The notes: generated by a model from the sequence alone, not told the origin. A stretch of 62,653 nt of DNA, filler included, from Stramenopiles sp. TOSAG23-2 (GCA_900128395.1; 8 parts of 8 records of this genome joined end to end with filler, not necessarily neighbours in it); one strand, 5' to 3'. Shown: positions 32,979 to 45,932, counted from the first letter of the whole stretch. Translations and numbers: made by a program.

Positions 32979-33521
32979 GTATCATCAATTCTTATAAATG
33001 ATCTTAATTTGTCTATATGCTTCCATTTCTAGCTACCACCACCGGACGACTGTAGTTGGACAACTTTCTTTCTGAAACTATTTTATTGAATTTATAGTTT
33101 AATAATTGAAATAATTTAATTCATTTAATTAGTGAAAAAATTAGGCACTTATACGCCTCGTAGTATTATAGTGCGTAATAAGGTTTTGTTGTTGATAAAA
33201 AGAAAGAAGCTAGTAAAAAACCAGCGGAATTTCACCAAAATGGATCTTATTATAGTGCTATGGCTATATTAAATTCTACCTATTTAATATACAAAGTATG
33301 TGACGTAATGATTGAGATTGATGTTGCGTAATAACGTTTGTCTCGAATAATATTTTGTTGAAAAAAAACAAAAAACAAAATGAAGAGGATAAAAATGAAA
33401 AATAGATATTATAGATAGTATAGTATGGTGTTGATAGATTAAAACATATTATTTATTACTACCATCTTCCTATCTTCTTTTCTTATTTAAACATATACTT
33501 TGTATTTGAAAGAAACAGAAA

Positions 33522-34577
33522 ATGTCGTCTGAAAGTAATGTAACCACAACTGCTGCTCCATCATCAACAGCCTCTAGTCGGCCACAGTTAACAATTTGGG
33601 TTACCATATTTACGTATTTAATACTTGCATTAGTTATGTTTGGTATGGCTTGTACAGTGACTTTAGACGCATTGAAAGAAACCGTAAAAGCTAGGAAACC
33701 ATTTATAGTTGCATTAACATGTCAGACTTTGCTTATGCCGGCATTTGCATTTCTTGTAGCTAAATTATTACAATTGAATGATTTACATGGAATGTGTTTA
33801 TTATTATTAGGCTGCTGTCCAGGTGGAAGTTTTTCCAACGTGTTATGTTATTTTGCAAAAGGCAATCAAGCTTTGTCAGTTGGTTTGACCTGTATTACGA
33901 ATCTTTGTGCACTATTCACTTTGCCATTATTATTATTAATATGGGGTTCTTCATTTTCTAGTGTTCAAATACCATATACAGATATATTAGTATCGTTATC
34001 ATTGGTTTTTTTCCCAGCAGTTGGTGGAATTTATTTACGTTCAAAAAATGAGAAACATGCAAAAATTGGGGAAAGAATTGGTGCTGCTGGTGGTGTTATG
34101 ATGATTTTAGGTGCTATTATCTCCGGATTTGCTTCAAATGCAGACACCTTAGCAGATAGGAATATATTACCAGTATCAACATTGTTATCTGTGGTATTTG
34201 TTGCACCAATGGGTTTTTTAACTTCATTTTTAATTGCACGATTTTTTCCATATGGTGAGAAAATAAAATTACAAAACGTAATTACCATTTGTTTGGAAAC
34301 TGGAATACAAAATACTGTCTTAGCATTGGCAATTATAAACGTGTCATTCAATGAAATGGATCCATTTTTATTTTTTCAAGCTCAATTTTTTCCAATATGT
34401 TGGGGTCTGTTTACTTTAATGGAAGGATTTACATTGGCAATGATGTTTCGTGGATATTTATATTATCAAGCGAAGAAAAAAGTCGATGATGGAGAAGAAG
34501 GCATTAAATTAGGCGAGACGGAAGAAATACAAGGCACCGTGGAGAAGGAAGTCGAACTTGCCGACGTACAAAAATAA
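33522..34577 (+). CDS. Bile acid:sodium symporter family (SLC10/BASS) transporter
   Basis: MFGMAC, QTLLMP, CCPGGSFSN, GNQALSV, ICLETGIQNTVLA. Confidence 0.92.
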   Translation: MSSESNVTTTAAPSSTASSRPQLTIWVTIFTYLILALVMFGMACTVTLDALKETVKARKPFIVALTCQTLLMPAFAFLVAKLLQLNDLHGMCLLLLGCCPGGSFSNVLCYFAKGNQALSVGLTCITNLCALFTLPLLLLIWGSSFSSVQIPYTDILVSLSLVFFPAVGGIYLRSKNEKHAKIGERIGAAGGVMMILGAIISGFASNADTLADRNILPVSTLLSVVFVAPMGFLTSFLIARFFPYGEKIKLQNVITICLETGIQNTVLALAIINVSFNEMDPFLFFQAQFFPICWGLFTLMEGFTLAMMFRGYLYYQAKKKVDDGEEGIKLGETEEIQGTVEKEVELADVQK

Positions 34578-34728
34578 AAATATATGACCCATAACAGATA
34601 AGATCAGGAGGATCCGTAAAAAAAGTACTATATAATAGGGTATATATAAGTACAATATTTAGTATTCTAATCTATACATTTATACCACTTTAACATATAT
34701 ATTTCTACTTTTTATTGAAAAACATGTG

Positions 34729-34828
34729 NNNNNNNNNNNNNNNNNNNNNNNNNNNNNNNNNNNNNNNNNNNNTTAATTAATTAANNNNNNNNNNNNNNNN
34801 NNNNNNNNNNNNNNNNNNNNNNNNNNNN
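34729..34828. other. Artificial contig linker
   Basis: N44-TTAATTAATTAA-N44. Confidence 0.98.
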
Positions 34829-34923
34829 ATAGTAGGATAGAATATTATTCTTGCGATTGAGTATTGAGCATATTACTTAACACGAGAAGTGTAAAATTAT
34901 TATAACTTAGATTTTAACCATCA
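34829..34923 (+). repeat. Dispersed repeat family A, 3' part
   Basis: AGTAGGATAG.ATATTATTCTTGCGATTGAGTATTGAGCATATTACTTAACACGAGAAGTGTAAAATTATTATAACTTAGATTTTAA. Confidence 0.9.
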
Positions 34924-35092
34924 TATATATTCATTATATATAAATGCATATATATATATATAATATATACCTATTGTCACCCAAGACAATGGTTGCTATG
35001 AATCCACTCCTGGGGAATTCAAAACCACCAAACTTTGGAAAACCTATGGACTATTCACACCACTTTCATCGAGTGTGTTATACTGGATTCAG

Positions 35093-35262
35093 ACCTACTT
35101 GTGCTTATATATAGAGTATTAGCTTGCGGTGGCGCATGAGAGCTTGCGGCAGAGTCATGAGAGCTTTATTATAGTAGGATAGCATATTATTCTTGCGATT
35201 GAGTATTGAGCATATTACTTAACATGAGAAGTAAAATTATTATATAACTTAGATTTTAATCA
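35093..35262 (+). repeat. Dispersed repeat family A, long copy with an internal duplication of about 20 bp
   Basis: ACCTACTTGTGCTT..AGAGTATTAG..GAGCT..TAGTAGGATAGCATATTATTCTTGCGATTGAGTATTGAGCATATTACTTAAC..ATAACTTAGATTTTAA. Confidence 0.9.
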
Positions 35263-35514
35263 ATAAATATATATAGTTTTAAATCTTTATCATACACCCC
35301 TCACCCCTCTGTATCATATATATATATGATATGATCATATGCATATGATAACTTCTTTTTATGTGTGTACAAAAACACACGTATACATAAAGGAAAACCC
35401 TCTGTCTCTCTCTCTCTCCCTGTCTCTGGATATTGTATTCTTTCGATCTAGCACATGTTGTATACGAAGCGTATATATGTATTCGTAGTTTTCGAGCGTA
35501 TACGAAATTCACAC

Positions 35515-38501
35515 CTATCTGTATCTTCGTTTAAATGACGTAATCATTGGCCCAGAAGATAACTGTTTCTTCCTATTTTTTTCTTGCAAAATTCTTTTAT
35601 AAACCGGGTATATTGCCACGATAGCACTGAAACCAACGAAAAAGGATCCTGCTGCCCATTTAAATATACCGTTATTGATTAATGATTGCTCAGCTTGTAA
35701 AAATTCTTTACGTGCTGTTACAGTACATGCACTACCTTGATATCCTTGAAAGCAATAACATTTACCGGAATTACATATACCGTGTTTTGCACATTCTGAT
35801 GGACATATAGCATGAGGTGGTGCGCCAGGATGATTACTTTTTGGTAACAATTTTGAGATAGACGATGTAATGGTTGAAAATATACCATTAGATTTCGATA
35901 TGACTGCCTTTTTTACATTTGTAATTAAATTCTTCCGTTGACCAGCATCACCATCTAAACTAGTTACGTTATCGCCAGTAACATTACCTTCCGTTGCATT
36001 GGACATCGGCTGTGGGTTGAAATTACCTTTTTTATTTTTTTTTCCAGTATCAAATGCAGATGCTACATTTATATTTACTCGCTTAGCAAACAAACCGCTT
36101 ATACTTGATTTCAATAATGTTATAAATGGTTGTGGTGCATCGCTTGGCAATTGTTTGTCTAAAAATATTTCTAAAATACCAGCAGCATGCCTTAATCTTA
36201 ATTGTTCTTCCACTGCTCGTTGTTGCATTAGACCACGACATCGAATTGTTACATTTATTAGAATTGCATTTTCCTTAATCATGATTTTCTTTTCATTTGG
36301 AATTATTGCTTTTAGTGGTGGTAAGTTGTTACCATTAAGAATAGTATTTCTTCCTCCAAGACGTCTTCTAGTAGATGACGCTGTTTCTACAAGCAAAGCA
36401 GAATCTTTATTGACAAAAGTTTCACCTTTTAGTTTGATTAGTAAACGTTCTGGTGATACACCAACAAAGTTGGAAATTGCAACTACTAAATTTGTCCCCC
36501 AACCTTGCTCTATACTACGCCAAAGTTGCGCTTTTCTCATATTTTTCATACTTAAAGACAAAAGAATTGAAATTGGCATTATTCGTTCCTCTGGATAAGA
36601 ACAATCTACGGCACTGAAACCTTCATCACAATGGCAATAAACCGTCTTGCTTAAATCTAAGGTACTAGCTTTTTTGGGAACATGCAAATTTTCTTCTATG
36701 AAGGACGAATTGGTGAGGGATGAATTGTCTGCATTTGTAGAGGCGGCTGGAGAACCCGAAATTTTAACATCTACGGCATGATCTGCGGCTGCAGCTATAA
36801 TCATTGCTTTTTTAATTGCTTCTGCTTTTGCCGGGCCTGCACAAACACCATGGCCTGAACAATCATTTGGACAAATTCTATTTTTACTGCAATCAATTCC
36901 ATACCAATTCTCTTTACATTCGCAATGTCCATCTAAACGACATTCACCATTACCACTGCATGGGACAAACATTTTTGTATTATTATTTTTCGCTATTGGC
37001 GTCACTTCCATGAACAATGTTGCACCATTCATTTGCTTCGCTAAATTCATTGCTCCAACTGTGGGATTTTCTTTCATCACACCGGGACATTTAATTTGCA
37101 AACTGCAATCTTTCAAAGTCCATCCATTGTTACATGAACATTGATAATTACTTTTACACATGCCATGCCCAGAACAATCACCTGGACATCGTGCCACTTC
37201 AGAACAATCTTCCCCAGTATATCCAGGAGCACATGCACATGCATATGTTGATTGGTTTGCTGGCATTTTTTCCATATTTGCATATTTACGGCACACTCCA
37301 TGTCCAGAGCATTTATTGTTACCACAAATCATCGCGCCAGTAGAAGGCTCTAATGTATAAACATCGTTATAGCATTTTTGTGCTAAATAACAACCACCAA
37401 ATAAAAATGCTTTACCCCTGACCATCGTCATGGTATGGTCTTCACGCGGAGTAACAACTAAATCGTCGGAAACGCCTTTAGTTTTTTCCTCTCTCCACAT
37501 TAAATTCTTCAAGTTTAATATGTTCAAATCACAAAAGCATTTTCCTTTACCAAAATTACAACCACCAACGAATAGCATCTCGTGGCCACGCAATATTGCA
37601 CTGTGGTCCTCTCGCACTGAAGGGGTAATTCCACTTGTAATTCCTATTTCCCAGGACATTGTCTTCAAATCTAATATATACAAGTCATTCAAACAACCTC
37701 CATTCGTAAAACCACCAAAAACATACATACGATTGTTATATACCAAAGCAGTATGTCCTTCTCTACCTGCCGGTTTGACGCCACTAACGGCTGGGATTTG
37801 CCACGCATTTGTTGTTGTGTCTAATATTAACAATTCATTGGTAAAACCTTTTTCCGTGTAGCCACCGAAATATATTATACGGCTACCATACTGCACGGCA
37901 GAATGTCCTTCCCGCCCTATTGGTTCCACCCCGCTAACATCTATATGTCCCCAAGACATAGGTAATTCCTCACCACTACCTGGTGTTCCAGGGTTGACAT
38001 TTAATACATAAACATCATCTAAATATCCTACTTCGGAAGATCCACCATAAACGTACATTAGCTGACCAACCATGGTTGCCGTATGACCTTCGCGCTCGAT
38101 CGGAGGCAAACCATCTACTTTAGGTTGCACCCAGTCGTTTGTACGAGTATTAAAAACATGAAGATCGTTAAAGCAACGTTTGTCTAAATAGCAACCACCA
38201 AAAGTAATAATATAATCTTCCACAGCAACTGAAGTGTGCCCTTCCCTCTTTGCTGGTGCAGCACCTTTGTACTTGATTTTATCCCATCGGTAGCCGGCTG
38301 TATCTGCTGCATCATTGACTATACTTCCATTGACACTAAAGACTTTATTATTAGTTGCAGGTTCAGGTAAATAAATATTTCCTTTGGTCTTTTTTAACTT
38401 TGGTATTGTTGGTGGTAGGCTGTTTTCTTCTTTTGGTACCTGTGCAAATCGCATTAAATTTTTATCAACTGTATCGACACTCGGTACATCAAGTATTGCG
38501 T

Positions 38502-38545
<44 letters not shown>

Positions 38546-38724
38546 TTAACTTCTGGCCATGCTAAAGCCAAGTCTTCTTTATTACTATTATCACCAAGAT
38601 TGAAATTACTTGATAAACCTAACTTGTCTGCCTTGTTCTTACTTGATAAAGAAGCAACAACAGCAGCATTTAATATTGTATAAAACAATATCGTTAACAA
38701 AAATTGATAGTATTGGTTCTTCAT
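35515..38724 (-). CDS. Type I membrane protein with an extracellular Kelch beta-propeller and tenascin-type EGF repeats
   Basis: Signal peptide; 6 Kelch repeats (REGHT..YVYGG..DDVYVL..W); CPGDCSGHGMC, CPNDCSGHGVC and CPSECAKHGICNSGKCYC EGFs; C-terminal TM; poly-Ser encoded by an (AGT)n tract. Confidence 0.88.
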
Positions 38725-39519
38725 ATTATATAAATTTTTTTATCCAATACAAAACGTATATTCGTTTTGGTTTTCTACCTATATATGATTGTATCTTTCT
38801 AGATGATACTGTATTTGGCTATGTATGTTTGTTTTAAATATGTTGTTTTGTTTCGTGTTTGTGTATGTGTCTATATATTTTTGTATATTTTATTATGAAA
38901 TATGCGTCTATTTCGAGGAGAGTAAAAGTGCCCTCTTTTTTCTCTCCTCCATTTTAGAAATTTTATCCTGTCACTTTCTTCCTTTTAAGTCAAAAAATAT
39001 AAGGTGACACAGCATTGGATGATATATATTGTTTTAGTATGCTGATAGCATTGACAAATGGCACACTATATTATATGTGAAAAAAAAGGCTGCCGTCAAC
39101 CAGGTTAAACAGCATTGGGTTTCTTTTTTTTTTTGGTAGTGCTGTGTCCTTCCTAATTTAACTGACGCTACGGAGGTCTCAACATCATCGTTACACAACA
39201 ACAACTTGACGAAACTTCTTGAATAATTGAAATAATCATTATTTATAAATAGAATTTACCAGCAGTATATATAGAACCAACGGCAACCAAGAAATGAAAT
39301 ATTGATATCGTAAATAACTAACCATAAGATTCACTATCAAGTAGATCTGTTAGAAAACATTAATTACATTGTTGCTGTATAGGTGTGAGATCAAAAAACA
39401 TATCTAAACATATTAGAAAGAAGTGAAAAAAGGTAAATAAGAAGCTTACATTTTGTTTTAATATTAACGCATTTTCTTAGTTATTTTTAGTATAACAATA
39501 CAAATATATATATATAAAC

Positions 39520-39828
39520 ATGTCGACAAATACTATGATGGAACGTCGTAAAAAGGACGAACAAGTCCGCGCGACCATACACCAAAAATTAATTGATACC
39601 GGTGAAAAAGATAGGTTAAAGAACTTGCTACGTGCAAAGTTGGAAGAATGTGGATGGAGAGATGAACTTAAAAATTACTGTAAAGAAGTCATCAAAAACA
39701 AAGGTTTGGAAAAAATTACGGTAGAAGAATTAGTTGCTGAAATTACACCACGTGGTAGAGCAACAGTTCCATCTGCTATTAAAGCTGAATTGCTACAACG
39801 TATACGTAAATTTTTAACTCAAAATTAG
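39520..39828 (+). CDS. ENY2: Transcription/mRNA export factor ENY2 (Sus1)
   Basis: [64 protein letters not shown]. Confidence 0.96.
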   Translation: MSTNTMMERRKKDEQVRATIHQKLIDTGEKDRLKNLLRAKLEECGWRDELKNYCKEVIKNKGLEKITVEELVAEITPRGRATVPSAIKAELLQRIRKFLTQN

Positions 39829-40355
39829 GCAGAGCATTCATTTAATATTGACTAGCATGTATACTTACAGGGGATTGTTTATTTTATGTATCAATAATAC
39901 TACGAAAAAAGTATTGGCAGAATCATGTATGTATGATATTGTAATGTGTGTTTAAAATATTTGTGTAAATATCAGTATGCCATAATTAGAATAATCAAAA
40001 AGTTACTTCGTAAAAAATAAAAAAAATATATTTGTGTATACGAGTACGTTGTAAATAGTCTTCACGGACGACGGTGAACACGATACAAATTCACATGTGT
40101 TCGTAAACAAATAAAAATTACGTAGTCCTCTAATACACACACACGAATGTACACACGCATTTTTATTTACGAGATAAAAATGTATGATGCATATTACGCA
40201 AAATTGTTTAGTACTATCATATCATCATATCATACATATTACGAGTTATACTTAAGATTGATATGCATATATAATAGGAATAAAATCTGGTGATCTGCGA
40301 AATCTACCATCCATTTATTATTATTACATTTATAGTACGACCACGCGCTCAAAGT

Positions 40356-43300
40356 TTACAATCCATTTGCTTTTAATAATACTTGTATTGCATCAATGAT
40401 TGGGCTATCACTTATTGATATGGATGGATTTTCAATTTTACTTGTTAACAATAAATCCAACGATTTTCTTAACTCACGTACTAACACACCAACTCTTGCA
40501 GGCGCTTGGAAATACATCCATTTATCAATTACAATTTTCCCCCTTTCATGTAACACATCGATTCTGCCACCAAACAATAACAACGCATATGCTGGTACCA
40601 TTGTTGCATCACGCAGAAATACTTTCGATGTTTGTACTTTTTGATAATAAACCAACCATGGTACGCGATACGATCTCGATCCTTTCGTAAACATACAGCT
40701 GGCTGGGTGTAAAAATACTCGATTATTGGTAGTAGAATTATTAGTGGATATCTTGTTGTTATTTTTATCTTTGTCATTGGTGCTGTTATTGTTACCGGCG
40801 GTATTATTACTATTACTACTACCAGTATAAAATTGAATTTCTTTCGCTTTGGAATCTTTTTCAAATGCACCGCCACTAACTTCTTGGTAACGCTTTTGTG
40901 GCAATTTTACTTTGACAATATTTGGATAAAGCCCAGCACAAATTGCCGCCTTTAATACATTATAATGTTTACTTTCATCCTCGCTATCATTATGCTTCAA
41001 AACAATTTGCTTCATAGATGACCGTTCAACAAAGCCAGCATCTGCCAATGCAATTCCTAATTGCTTCCGTAAGTCTCTTATGGTGCGCATGCCTTCATAA
41101 TGCAATCCATGTTCTTTACAATAATTTCGTTTGTTATCAGCATCAAGCCAACCATCATACGCTCGCAATAAGACAATGTGATCACTCATCAGATTGCCGC
41201 TGAAATTTCTCTTTGCTTCGTTTGCAACATCATCTTTTAGAAAAGGTGATCGAGTACACATTGATGCCGCAATCGTCAAAATTTGGCTAGTACAACGTAA
41301 TATTGCGCCATAAATTAACATTTTACCAATTTGCGCATCCACAGGCATAGATGCTAAATGGTGTCCTAGTGGAGTTAATTCAGCTTTATCGCCAAATGCT
41401 CGTAAACCTTTTAAATGTCTAACGGCAGATATAATCGATTCCGTTTTAGGAGGTTCAATGACTTGTCCTAAAAAATACTTTGGCTTACCAAGTTGCAAAG
41501 ATCGCACCATTAAACATAAGCGTTCTAAAGGAACGCGATGCATTTCTGGACTTTGATGAGCAGGGGAATTATTCAACATTTTCCGCGTATACATTTTTAG
41601 ACAGTGCCCAGGTCTAACCCGCCCTGCACGACCCCGTCTTTGCCTGGCATTTGCTTTTGATACCCACGTTTCAACTAATAATGACATTCGATTGAATGGG
41701 TCATATTGCATTTCTTTCATACGACCACTATCAACAACAAAGACACAATCATCAATGGTTATACTTGTCTCTGCAACATTGGTGGAAACGACAATCTTTC
41801 GTTTGCCTTTTGGTGGATGTCTAAATACCATACTCTGATCATAACTTGTTAATGAACCATGTAATGGTAAAATCCACAAACGATTAGAAATACCTTGGTA
41901 ATTCGCTACACGTTTTATTGCTTCCATGCATTTATTTATTTCTGCAGTACCACTCATGAATACTAGTATAGCCCCATCATCGTTAGTTTTTAACCCTATC
42001 GCATCAGCGTATAAAATTGTTTTTGCTAATAAATCGTAATCACATTTAGATTGTACCTTATTGCTGTTTTTTGAATTTTTGTTCATCATAGAAGAAGATC
42101 CATCATTGATGTAAGTATTATCATTCATAGCTAATATTTCTTCTTGTTTTTTCAAGGACATGTTATTATTATACTCTTCGCTTGAAAAATATTGTAATAT
42201 ATCTTCCAAGTAATATTCTTTAATTGGATGTACAAAACCTGGGATCTTGATTACAGGGCAACCTCCACCAAAGTATTTTACAAACAAATTTGCATCCATC
42301 GTAGCACTCATTAAAATTAATTTTAAATCTTTCCTTGTTTTCAATACTTCCCTCATAATTGCTAATAAAAAATCCGTATCAACATCCCTTTCATGGACTT
42401 CATCAACGATTATGTGTGTCACACCTTTTAAATCCCGATCGCCATGCAATCTACGTAGCAAAATACCAGTTGTAACAAATGTTAAACGAGTTTTCTTGCT
42501 ACGTTTGCTGTCCATACGAATTTGGTAACCAATCGTATCGCCGAGAGGACAGCATTGTTCTTGTGCAACACGTTCAGCTACTCCAATTGCTGCCAATCGT
42601 CTTGGTTGTGTACAAATTATATTTAAACGGCCACCATTGCCTTTATTAATATAATCATCCATTATGAATTGTGGAATTTGTGTTGTCTTACCACATCCCG
42701 TTTCTCCGCTAATAAGTACTACTTGGTTTTTCATTACAGATGAAACTACTTCATTCGCCTGTTTATGTGCTGGTAGCCGTGATCTTATCTGTTGCATATC
42801 TTTATACTTGCTGTTGTTTTGCTTCTTTTCATTTATTTCCGATAGTAATTGCTTCGATAATTTCTCCATTTCGCTCTTTGACATTTGTTGATGATGGTGA
42901 TGGTTTCGTTTTGTATTATTTCTATTGTTACGTTGATTAATTTTTTTCTTCTTTGATACATTTGTTTCCCCAGATATATTATTCTTTGTCTCTGTAACAG
43001 TTTGTTTGAAGGTAGAAGTAGCGTTTTTACCTGCAGTAGTAGCTGCTTTTAAATTGTTATCTAATTCATCTGATTGAGCCCATAAACTGCATTCATACAT
43101 GACTAATTCGCCTTTAAGAGGCTTGACGATATCTCTAGCTAACGCATTTTGTATATGCAATGCTTGTTCAGATGACCATGAAGATGATGACAATAAAATG
43201 ATAGGGCTGTTTGTGGGGTATCTAAATCCAGTAGGCAAATACATTTCCAACAAGCCTTTTGTATTCTTAGATTTTTCCAAATCATTTAATTCTATCGATA

Positions 43301-44960
43301 AAACTTTTTCCATGGTGTCAGATACTGTATTACGTTTGATCTCAAATGATGTATCAAACATAGATTCTAAAACCGTAGCTTCTTCTTCTAACAATTCCAT
43401 GTCTTCTTCATCATCTTCACCATCTTCCGGATTTTCAACGATATTAGTAACTTGAACTATTTTTTCATTGTATAATTCAATAAGAGCTTTTAAATGATCG
43501 TTATTATTACGCTGTAGATATGTTTTAATATCTTCAATGTTAAAACCGTATTTGTATAGAAATTCTTCTTGCATAGTACCATTGAATGTTTCAATATTAT
43601 TCTTTTTTTGATTCTTAAATTTATTATTTTTACCCATATGCACAACATCTAATTGTTTTCCTTTTGCAGCAAATTGTTGTGGTAAATTGTTCTCATCAAC
43701 GTTTAAACATAGCCAATCTAAAGTGTCATCAAATGTTTCGCATGAATTTTTAAATGCTTTGCTTATATCATTTTCTAGGAATCCTAATTTAATCAATTTT
43801 TTTTTAATTTTGTTATTATCAACAACAGTCGTGGCTTCATTACTATTTTCATTCGTTGTCACATTTAACGATTCCATGGATGAAGATATAATATTTGTAA
43901 TTGATCCATTTTTTAAAATGTTTTCTACATACTTTCTATTTTTTTCATTCATAAATACAGGAGCATCTGGATTTGACCTTTCTTTTTGTTCTCGTAAGTT
44001 TTTCTTCTTGCTCCTTTCTTCTTGTTTTTTAATATGATGTTGCTCCCTTTCTTTTTTAGATACAAATTTTAAGGAAGATGATACCTTCACGGTTGCACTA
44101 GCATCAATGACTGTTCGCTTCTTTGACTTTAAATTTACTTGCGAGCGTTCTTCGCCGCCAGCATTTCCACAGCGTCGACATTTTGCTCTATCGGCATAAT
44201 TATTCATCCCACAACTACTGCAATTCCATTGTTGTTTTTCACCAATATTGTTAATACTGTTGTTGTTATTGTCGTTGTTGTTACTTTTATTATTATTATT
44301 ATCTTCTGATGATGATGGGCCTTTCCTCGTTTTCTTTTTCTTTATTGATGCCTCTTCAAGGGCTTGTTTTTCAGCTTCTTTCTTTGCTTCCTCTTCCTCT
44401 AATTTAATTTTCCATGCAGGCTTTTTCTTTCCTTTTTTATTCAAAGTACCACCATCGTCTTTTGGCGTTTTATCTTCACGGCCAACAAGTTGTAACCACA
44501 TAGTTCGATATGGCTCTGGTAACTTTCGTTCATGTGGTATTTTATCTCCTAAATGTTTCAATGCTAATAATGATACAGCATGTTGTGCTTCTAACATAGA
44601 GGAAAAACCTTGTTCTGTCAAAAATTTTAATGATTTTTCCGGTTTTTTGGGGTCTGGTAATGTTAACCATGCACGATTCGAACCAGATCCTCCAGGCTGT
44701 GCTGGTTTTCCATTTGCTCTACTCCAATATGGTTTTGGTCTTTTCGAACGGTTTGTCCATTCATGAATTAATTGTTTTGGCGTACGTTGCCATTCTTTCA
44801 TTTCAATACCAGAGATTACGATGGTTCCTTTACCAACTTTCGTGCTACCGGCACCATTTTGACGGTGACCGCGTGGTGGTCTTGTTTTCTTTACTGGAGC
44901 TGGTGGATTCTTATCGTCTTTCTTTTTTGGTGCATTATTTTTTTTATTTTTTTTCACCAT
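40356..44960 (-). CDS. DHX57: DHX57-like DEAH/RHA RNA helicase (dsRBD-like, RanBP2 zinc finger, UBA, RWD, helicase core, HA2, OB)
   Basis: GETGCGKTTQ, TQPRRLAA, DEVH, MSAT, STNVAETSITI, QRRGRAGR; WNCSSCGMNNYADRAKCRRC; LDWLCLNVDENNLP; YPTNSP (RWD). Confidence 0.88.
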   Translation of the reverse strand: MVKKNKKNNAPKKKDDKNPPAPVKKTRPPRGHRQNGAGSTKVGKGTIVISGIEMKEWQRTPKQLIHEWTNRSKRPKPYWSRANGKPAQPGGSGSNRAWLTLPDPKKPEKSLKFLTEQGFSSMLEAQHAVSLLALKHLGDKIPHERKLPEPYRTMWLQLVGREDKTPKDDGGTLNKKGKKKPAWKIKLEEEEAKKEAEKQALEEASIKKKKTRKGPSSSEDNNNNKSNNNDNNNNSINNIGEKQQWNCSSCGMNNYADRAKCRRCGNAGGEERSQVNLKSKKRTVIDASATVKVSSSLKFVSKKEREQHHIKKQEERSKKKNLREQKERSNPDAPVFMNEKNRKYVENILKNGSITNIISSSMESLNVTTNENSNEATTVVDNNKIKKKLIKLGFLENDISKAFKNSCETFDDTLDWLCLNVDENNLPQQFAAKGKQLDVVHMGKNNKFKNQKKNNIETFNGTMQEEFLYKYGFNIEDIKTYLQRNNNDHLKALIELYNEKIVQVTNIVENPEDGEDDEEDMELLEEEATVLESMFDTSFEIKRNTVSDTMEKVLSIELNDLEKSKNTKGLLEMYLPTGFRYPTNSPIILLSSSSWSSEQALHIQNALARDIVKPLKGELVMYECSLWAQSDELDNNLKAATTAGKNATSTFKQTVTETKNNISGETNVSKKKKINQRNNRNNTKRNHHHHQQMSKSEMEKLSKQLLSEINEKKQNNSKYKDMQQIRSRLPAHKQANEVVSSVMKNQVVLISGETGCGKTTQIPQFIMDDYINKGNGGRLNIICTQPRRLAAIGVAERVAQEQCCPLGDTIGYQIRMDSKRSKKTRLTFVTTGILLRRLHGDRDLKGVTHIIVDEVHERDVDTDFLLAIMREVLKTRKDLKLILMSATMDANLFVKYFGGGCPVIKIPGFVHPIKEYYLEDILQYFSSEEYNNNMSLKKQEEILAMNDNTYINDGSSSMMNKNSKNSNKVQSKCDYDLLAKTILYADAIGLKTNDDGAILVFMSGTAEINKCMEAIKRVANYQGISNRLWILPLHGSLTSYDQSMVFRHPPKGKRKIVVSTNVAETSITIDDCVFVVDSGRMKEMQYDPFNRMSLLVETWVSKANARQRRGRAGRVRPGHCLKMYTRKMLNNSPAHQSPEMHRVPLERLCLMVRSLQLGKPKYFLGQVIEPPKTESIISAVRHLKGLRAFGDKAELTPLGHHLASMPVDAQIGKMLIYGAILRCTSQILTIAASMCTRSPFLKDDVANEAKRNFSGNLMSDHIVLLRAYDGWLDADNKRNYCKEHGLHYEGMRTIRDLRKQLGIALADAGFVERSSMKQIVLKHNDSEDESKHYNVLKAAICAGLYPNIVKVKLPQKRYQEVSGGAFEKDSKAKEIQFYTGSSNSNNTAGNNNSTNDKDKNNNKISTNNSTTNNRVFLHPASCMFTKGSRSYRVPWLVYYQKVQTSKVFLRDATMVPAYALLLFGGRIDVLHERGKIVIDKWMYFQAPARVGVLVRELRKSLDLLLTSKIENPSISISDSPIIDAIQVLLKANGL

Positions 44961-45686
44961 GATTTATACTAGTAACTTACAACAATACAAAAATTTCAAT
45001 ATATTTAATATTTATTTGGCAATGAAACACAATACAAAATGTTTATTGAAAAAAAAAAGCAAAAGAAGGGGGGGGGGAGACCTTGTTATATTATTATATT
45101 TACAACAATTGTGTTTAATTAATTTATTATATATTGAATACGTAAAATATAAATATGAAAAGAAAAAGACGACACGCACACAACACAACAAAACGCAAAG
45201 AGCTGGTTAAATTCTATATTACACTTTTATTACCCAGGTCCACCCACACATGTTGCACATCATGATGGACCATGTGGACTGATGATGATTATTTTTTGAG
45301 ATTTTTTATGGTGGGACGAGCCTCTAAATACCTTAAATAGACGATCTGGGAATCAGCGTCTATCACATTCTCATTGGTTGAAAATTGAAAAAAAGATTTT
45401 TGTCCACATCACATCGAATATTCTTACAAAAATGCTGCCTCGAGAGGCATAGACGAATTTTGCTAACGCTATGGGCATATTATTAGGCACCAGCCGTATT
45501 CCGGCCACACAATTTTATATTTTGAAAAAAAATATCTTATACACTGGACATATATCTGGATATGGTATACAATGTGAAATATAAAAGGCAAATGGGAGAT
45601 ACAAGAAAAGAAACAAAAGATAATACATTGAAAAACAAATACAAAGAGAAAAACTACAAACAAAAAGAAAAAAAAACGAAATAAAA

Positions 45687-45932
45687 ATGAAATTGACATA
45701 TGTGTTATTATTAGCAATTGCATTGGCAATCAATGTAAATGCGCAAGGTGAAGAACAAGCAGTACCATTGACAACAGCTGAAGAAGCTGCTTCAAAATCG
45801 GATGAACAAAAAGGTGCTGATGCAGCAGCAGCGGCTGAAGGTAAAACTGCTGAAGGATTACAAAAGGATTTCGAAGAATATAAAAAAGCAGTTGCAGATG
45901 CAGAAGCAAAAGCAGCAGAAGAGAAAAAATAA
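45687..45932 (+). CDS. Small secreted Ala/Glu/Lys-rich protein
   Basis: Clean signal peptide MKLTYVLLLAIALAINVNA-Q; biased codon use; A-rich leader. Confidence 0.7.
   Translation: MKLTYVLLLAIALAINVNAQGEEQAVPLTTAEEAASKSDEQKGADAAAAAEGKTAEGLQKDFEEYKKAVADAEAKAAEEKK

Noticed and set aside
29723-34577. LigB-like + LtrA + SLC10 as a bacterial-style operon or contaminant contig
   Set aside because: The genes are on mixed strands, have eukaryotic low-complexity inserts and AT-rich spacers, and share a contig with eukaryotic PGK, F-box and PP2C-WW genes.
39433-39480. Possible 48-nt 5'UTR intron upstream of ENY2
   Set aside because: The donor GTAAAT and branch ATTAAC deviate from the strict signals seen elsewhere; it cannot be supported without RNA.
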